Source of the DNA: a virus
Length of the DNA stretch: 64,000 nucleotides
IMG/VR virus record: IMGVR_UViG_3300036761_003779
Location: 1-64,000 of that record
Reading direction: 5' to 3' (one strand)
The notes beneath the pieces are model-generated. The model made no database searches. It worked only from the letters and a program-made list of their open reading frames with translations, and was not told where the DNA came from. A program made the position numbers and the translations under genes. Below are positions 60,273-64,000 of the stretch, in pieces (the first letter of the stretch is position 1; every line of letters begins with the position of its first letter).

Positions 60273-62723
60273 TTAGGTCGTCGGCGGGACGATGGAGACC
60301 GTCAGGGACCCGCTATCCAGGAAGGGCAGCTCGTCCTCCGACATCTCCACGTCCGCGGCCGGGTCCGTCACGTCCACGTCGAACACGTTCCCGGGGGAGA
60401 TCTGGAAGATCTCGGACTCGATCCGGGAGAGCGGGACTCGACCCCCGAACCGCCACACGAACTGCGCGCCGTCCGAGGTCTTGGCGGTGGGGGAGAGGAG
60501 CGTGGCCAGAGTCGTCTTTACCAGAGACTCCGTGAGCGCCGCATTTGCCTCGATAACCACGGTGATCCCGAGGAGGCGCGGCGTGAAGTTGATGACCGTG
60601 ACCTCCGTGTTGGCCTGACCGACCCCGGTCACCCCGGTGATCGGGTTCCCGTTGAAGTATTCCTCCAGCTCGTCCTTGACGGAGGAGGAGATGGCCACGC
60701 CGTTCGTCCCCACCACGATGAGCTTGATGGTCTTCGGCCCGAAGCCCTCCTCGACCGCCTTGGCGCGCACGACCGGCCGCGTCCCGGCGGAGGAGGTGAA
60801 GGCCAGGGCCAGGGTCTCGTAGTCCTCCGGCGCGACCGCCCGGTTCCCCGTCCGGAGGGAGGCCGGACCCTCCTCCTTCACGAGCGCCAGGGACTCCTCG
60901 GAGGCGCCGTCCGCCTCCCGCCACCCGGAGGCCGGGCGCGGGTTCGTGACGGACTTGACCCAGGAGGAGCCGTCCGAGTTCACGATGATGGTGTCCGCCC
61001 CCACGTTCCCCTCGTCCGTCGCGTTGGAGCGGTACTCGAACCGGATGTTATCCGTCCCGAGCGGCGGGACCTTCCCGTGCGTCCCGTCCCCGAACCGGAC
61101 CGTGAGGACTCCCTGCGCGTTCTGGTCGACGACGAAGTGCCGGTCCTTCGGGCCGGAGGTGACGAGGGAGTCCCCGTCCACGGTCAGGTTGCTCCACTCG
61201 ATCTCCCCGCCGCCCTCGTCCACGAAGACCGCCACCGTGTCCCGGAGGCCCGGGGAGGTGGCTAGGACGAACTCCTGCCCCGGGTTCCCGTCGGAGGAGA
61301 CCAGGGGCTCGCTCTCGACCGTCTCCCCCTGCACCGCGTCCTGGAGGACGTACTGGCTCCCCCCGTCGATCCGGACCCGGTTCAGGACCGGCTCCGTGGG
61401 GGTGGAGACGGAGATCACGCGGTAGCGGAGGAAGAAGCCCTCCACGCTCTGGACCGCGACCGGCTGCCAGTTCTCCCGGAGGGTCTGCGGGAGCGTGAAG
61501 GTCAGGTCCCCGTCCTCCGTCAGGTCCGTCGTCCCGTCGTCCTGTTCCGGGAGCGGGTTCCAGTCCGTCCCCACGGAGTAGTCCTCCGGGTCCACGGAGG
61601 GCGTCCCGGACTGCCCCAGGAAGCCGCTCGACTCGACCAGGTTCTTCCCGCCGGAGAAGTAGGACTTGACCACCTCGTACACGCCCGTCGGGAGGTACGT
61701 CATCCGGATCAGCGCGCCGCTCCGGTCCGGGGTCCCGAGGAGGGAGGTGAGCTCGAACTGGAAGGAGGCGCCGATGTTCACGACGTCGTCCGGGGTCTCG
61801 TCCGAGAGGTCCGGGTCGTAGTATTCCCAGACGCCCGTGATCCCGGCGCCCACCGTCTGGAGGGTCACCCCGAGCTGGTCCCACATCGCGTACAGGGAGC
61901 CGAAGTACAGTTTGTCCCCCGCCTCGACGCTCGCCCAGGGCGTCCAGTAGGGCGCGCCGGAGGTGTTCACGTCCGAGGCGTGGTTTGAGGAGAAGGCCCG
62001 GATGGTCCAGGTGAGGTTGGTCTCCAGGATGAAGAGCGGGTCCTCCCCGCCCAGCGTGGCCGCCAGCCGGACGCGGGAGAGCGCCCCGGTCTGGAGGACC
62101 GCCGCGATGATGAAGGTCCCGTAGTTGCCCAGGGAGGAGTTCCCCAGCTCGACCTCCTTCCCGATATCCGCGGTGGAGACCGCCATCGAGGCGGACTCGA
62201 ACGCGGTCGGGTCCCCGAAGACGGTGACGCCGTCCGTCCCGCCCCGGTCCTTCTCCAGGGCGAAGGCCGCGTCGAGGACGTTCGACGGCCCGACGTACAG
62301 CTCGTCGATGACCTCGAACGGGACTGGTTCGGACTCCTCCGTCCGCTCCGTCTCGAAGAGCGCCGCCGCCTCGAGGACCTGGACCGAGGTGGACGGGACC
62401 TGCGCCAGCTCGATCAGCAGCTCCGCCACGCCCGAGCTGTAGTCCCGCATCTGGAAGTCGATGAGCTTCAGGAGGAGCCGCGCAGAGTCCGCCAGTTTGC
62501 ACGTGGGGAGGAGGTTCTCACAGGCCGCCAGGTCGAGGAGGACGTTGTTCAGGTGTCCGACGAGCGCGAAGGCCCGCTCGAGCTGGATGAAGGGCTCCTC
62601 CGCTACCTCGGAGGAGACCTCCGGCGCGTTCACCCGGTTGAAGATCCGGAGTCGCCGGAGGATCTCTGCATAATAAAACCCCGAAAACTGGAAGTCAGGG
62701 ACGATGATCTTGGTGGTACTCAC
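60273..62723 (-). CDS. Baseplate J / T4 gp6-like wedge protein
   Basis: VRFGDG..GK.PP, GNVGA..I, VTNP..ASG..DGASE, NRAV..EDYE. Confidence 0.9.
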   Translation of the reverse strand: MSTTKIIVPDFQFSGFYYAEILRRLRIFNRVNAPEVSSEVAEEPFIQLERAFALVGHLNNVLLDLAACENLLPTCKLADSARLLLKLIDFQMRDYSSGVAELLIELAQVPSTSVQVLEAAALFETERTEESEPVPFEVIDELYVGPSNVLDAAFALEKDRGGTDGVTVFGDPTAFESASMAVSTADIGKEVELGNSSLGNYGTFIIAAVLQTGALSRVRLAATLGGEDPLFILETNLTWTIRAFSSNHASDVNTSGAPYWTPWASVEAGDKLYFGSLYAMWDQLGVTLQTVGAGITGVWEYYDPDLSDETPDDVVNIGASFQFELTSLLGTPDRSGALIRMTYLPTGVYEVVKSYFSGGKNLVESSGFLGQSGTPSVDPEDYSVGTDWNPLPEQDDGTTDLTEDGDLTFTLPQTLRENWQPVAVQSVEGFFLRYRVISVSTPTEPVLNRVRIDGGSQYVLQDAVQGETVESEPLVSSDGNPGQEFVLATSPGLRDTVAVFVDEGGGEIEWSNLTVDGDSLVTSGPKDRHFVVDQNAQGVLTVRFGDGTHGKVPPLGTDNIRFEYRSNATDEGNVGADTIIVNSDGSSWVKSVTNPRPASGWREADGASEESLALVKEEGPASLRTGNRAVAPEDYETLALAFTSSAGTRPVVRAKAVEEGFGPKTIKLIVVGTNGVAISSSVKDELEEYFNGNPITGVTGVGQANTEVTVINFTPRLLGITVVIEANAALTESLVKTTLATLLSPTAKTSDGAQFVWRFGGRVPLSRIESEIFQISPGNVFDVDVTDPAADVEMSEDELPFLDSGSLTVSIVPPTT

Positions 62724-63157
62724 GCTTCACCTCCCATGGCCCCGGAGTAGTTGACCCGCGGGGAACTCTGGAGGGCGTCTTTCAGGTTGCTCTCGACCTC
62801 CCCCTCCCGGTCCGCCTCCAGGTCGACGTACTTGACGCGGGCGATCAGCTCCTCCCCGGCGTTCTCCATCACGAGCCCATCCTCCGGCGCCAGGCGGGCG
62901 ATCTCCGCCTCCCGGAGCCGGGCGAAGAAGCGGGTGACCTCTCGGCGCGCGCGGACCATGACGGAGGCCGCGTTGACGGAGAAGACGATCTGCTCGGAGA
63001 TGCCGACCTCGACGCCCCCGCCGGTCTGGAACGGGTTGCGGGAGTAGTTGGGCGTCAGCCCCACCCGGATGCACTGCTCCGTGTAGGGCGTCCCCTGGAT
63101 CAGCTGGGCGCCCCCGCGCTTGTTGGTCCGGACCGGCACCGCGAATCCTTTGGCCAT
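62720..63157 (-). CDS. Baseplate wedge subunit (gpW/gp25-like)
   Basis: Size and position between the spike gene and gpJ; KGFAVP. Confidence 0.6.
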   Translation of the reverse strand: MAKGFAVPVRTNKRGGAQLIQGTPYTEQCIRVGLTPNYSRNPFQTGGGVEVGISEQIVFSVNAASVMVRARREVTRFFARLREAEIARLAPEDGLVMENAGEELIARVKYVDLEADREGEVESNLKDALQSSPRVNYSGAMGGEA

Positions 63158-63165
63158 GCTCCTTC

Positions 63166-63915
63166 TTACTCCGTCTTACATTTGGTGGACAACCAAGTGT
63201 TCTTGGCCGCCTTGAAGGCGTTCACCGCGGAGAGGTACGTCCCCGCCGCCGTGGTCGCAGCCGTGACCCCGGAGGACTGCGCCTGCCAGGCCGCCTGCAG
63301 CGCCTCGAAGGCCACCTTGAGCGGTACCAGCGGCCCGGTGCAGGCGGACGCCAGCGCCGTGTACTGCGTCACGTTCGCGTCCGCGCAGGTCTGGCACGTC
63401 CCGAGGTACGTCTGGAGGGCGGTCACCCAGGCCGCCTCCGCGGTCAGGTACGTCTCGAGCTGCATGTTGAAGGTGTCCCCGCGCATCAGCGGGTGAGAGG
63501 CGTCCTCCTCCCCGAGCCGCGTCTTGGCGGAGATGAGGGCCAGGATCCCCTTCTTCCGATCGAAGAGGAGGACCAGCTCCCCCACCTTCATGCCGCCGCG
63601 CTCCGTCGGGTCCGAGGCGAACTCCGTCGGGATGGCGTCCTTGTCCGTGTACTGCGCGCCGGTCCACCGCGCGGAGGTCTCCCCCGCGGACCGCTCCCGC
63701 CCGGACTCGACCTCTACCTCGACGAGGGAGCCCACCTTCGGGACCATATAGAAGCCCTCCCCCTTGCCGGCAAACGGCCAGGAGGCCGGGATCCAGGTCT
63801 CGTCGTCCCCCAGGTTCTGACCCTCCAGCACCGCGTCGACCTGGACCTGGAGGCGCCCGAGCTTCTTGGGGTCCTCATTCTTGAGGACCTTCCCAAAGTG
63901 CTTCTCCGGGATCAT
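63166..63915 (-). CDS. Baseplate spike (gp5/gpV, OB-fold)
   Basis: GKV...DPKKLGRLQVQV..WI..GFYMVPKVGSLVEVE.E.G. Confidence 0.85.
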   Translation of the reverse strand: MIPEKHFGKVLKNEDPKKLGRLQVQVDAVLEGQNLGDDETWIPASWPFAGKGEGFYMVPKVGSLVEVEVESGRERSAGETSARWTGAQYTDKDAIPTEFASDPTERGGMKVGELVLLFDRKKGILALISAKTRLGEEDASHPLMRGDTFNMQLETYLTAEAAWVTALQTYLGTCQTCADANVTQYTALASACTGPLVPLKVAFEALQAAWQAQSSGVTAATTAAGTYLSAVNAFKAAKNTWLSTKCKTE

Positions 63916-64000
63916 GCGTCCGCCTCCTCCTGCTTGGCCCCGGAGATGTTCCGCGGCGTCCCGACGACGGACTTCAGGGCTACCTTGTTGGCGGAGAACT
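63912..64000 (-). CDS. C-terminal fragment of the upstream baseplate hub gene
   Basis: ...FSANKVALKSVVGTPRNISGAKQEEADA*, stop overlapping the spike ATG; identity inferred from position only. Confidence 0.45.
   Translation of the reverse strand, partial: FSANKVALKSVVGTPRNISGAKQEEADA

Overview
This window is 64 kb of a very GC-rich, contractile-tailed (myovirus-like) phage or prophage genome. Nearly all real genes lie on the minus strand, so transcription runs right to left. In that order the modules are: baseplate, tail-fibre and virion genes (64-41 kb) with interspersed holin/spanin-like genes and a stand-alone MshEN-like protein; an intein-containing SF2 helicase; a lambda-like initiator with internal iterons, a DnaC-like loader, an intein-containing DnaB and a primase; a UvrD helicase and a serine recombinase behind three related promoters; a sigma-70-like protein carrying a C2H2 zinc finger; a nucleotide/sugar modification cluster (UGM-like flavoprotein, dNTPase-HAD, divergent ThyX, dNMP kinase, SDR epimerase/reductase, dCMP-type thymidylate-synthase homologue, UDG) next to a family B DNA polymerase; a T4-style recombination module (mediator, SSB-like, RecA, split SbcD, SbcC, RuvC); a DNA methyltransferase; an RlpA-like lipoprotein and an amidase; and a class II ribonucleotide reductase that runs off the left edge. 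The two most notable signals are (1) the only two credible plus-strand genes, HNH endonucleases nested antisense inside host ORFs that stay open (one inside an intein, one inside an RlpA lipoprotein linker), and (2) the putative cytosine hypermodification pathway. All product calls come from motifs recognised by eye; no database searches were run.
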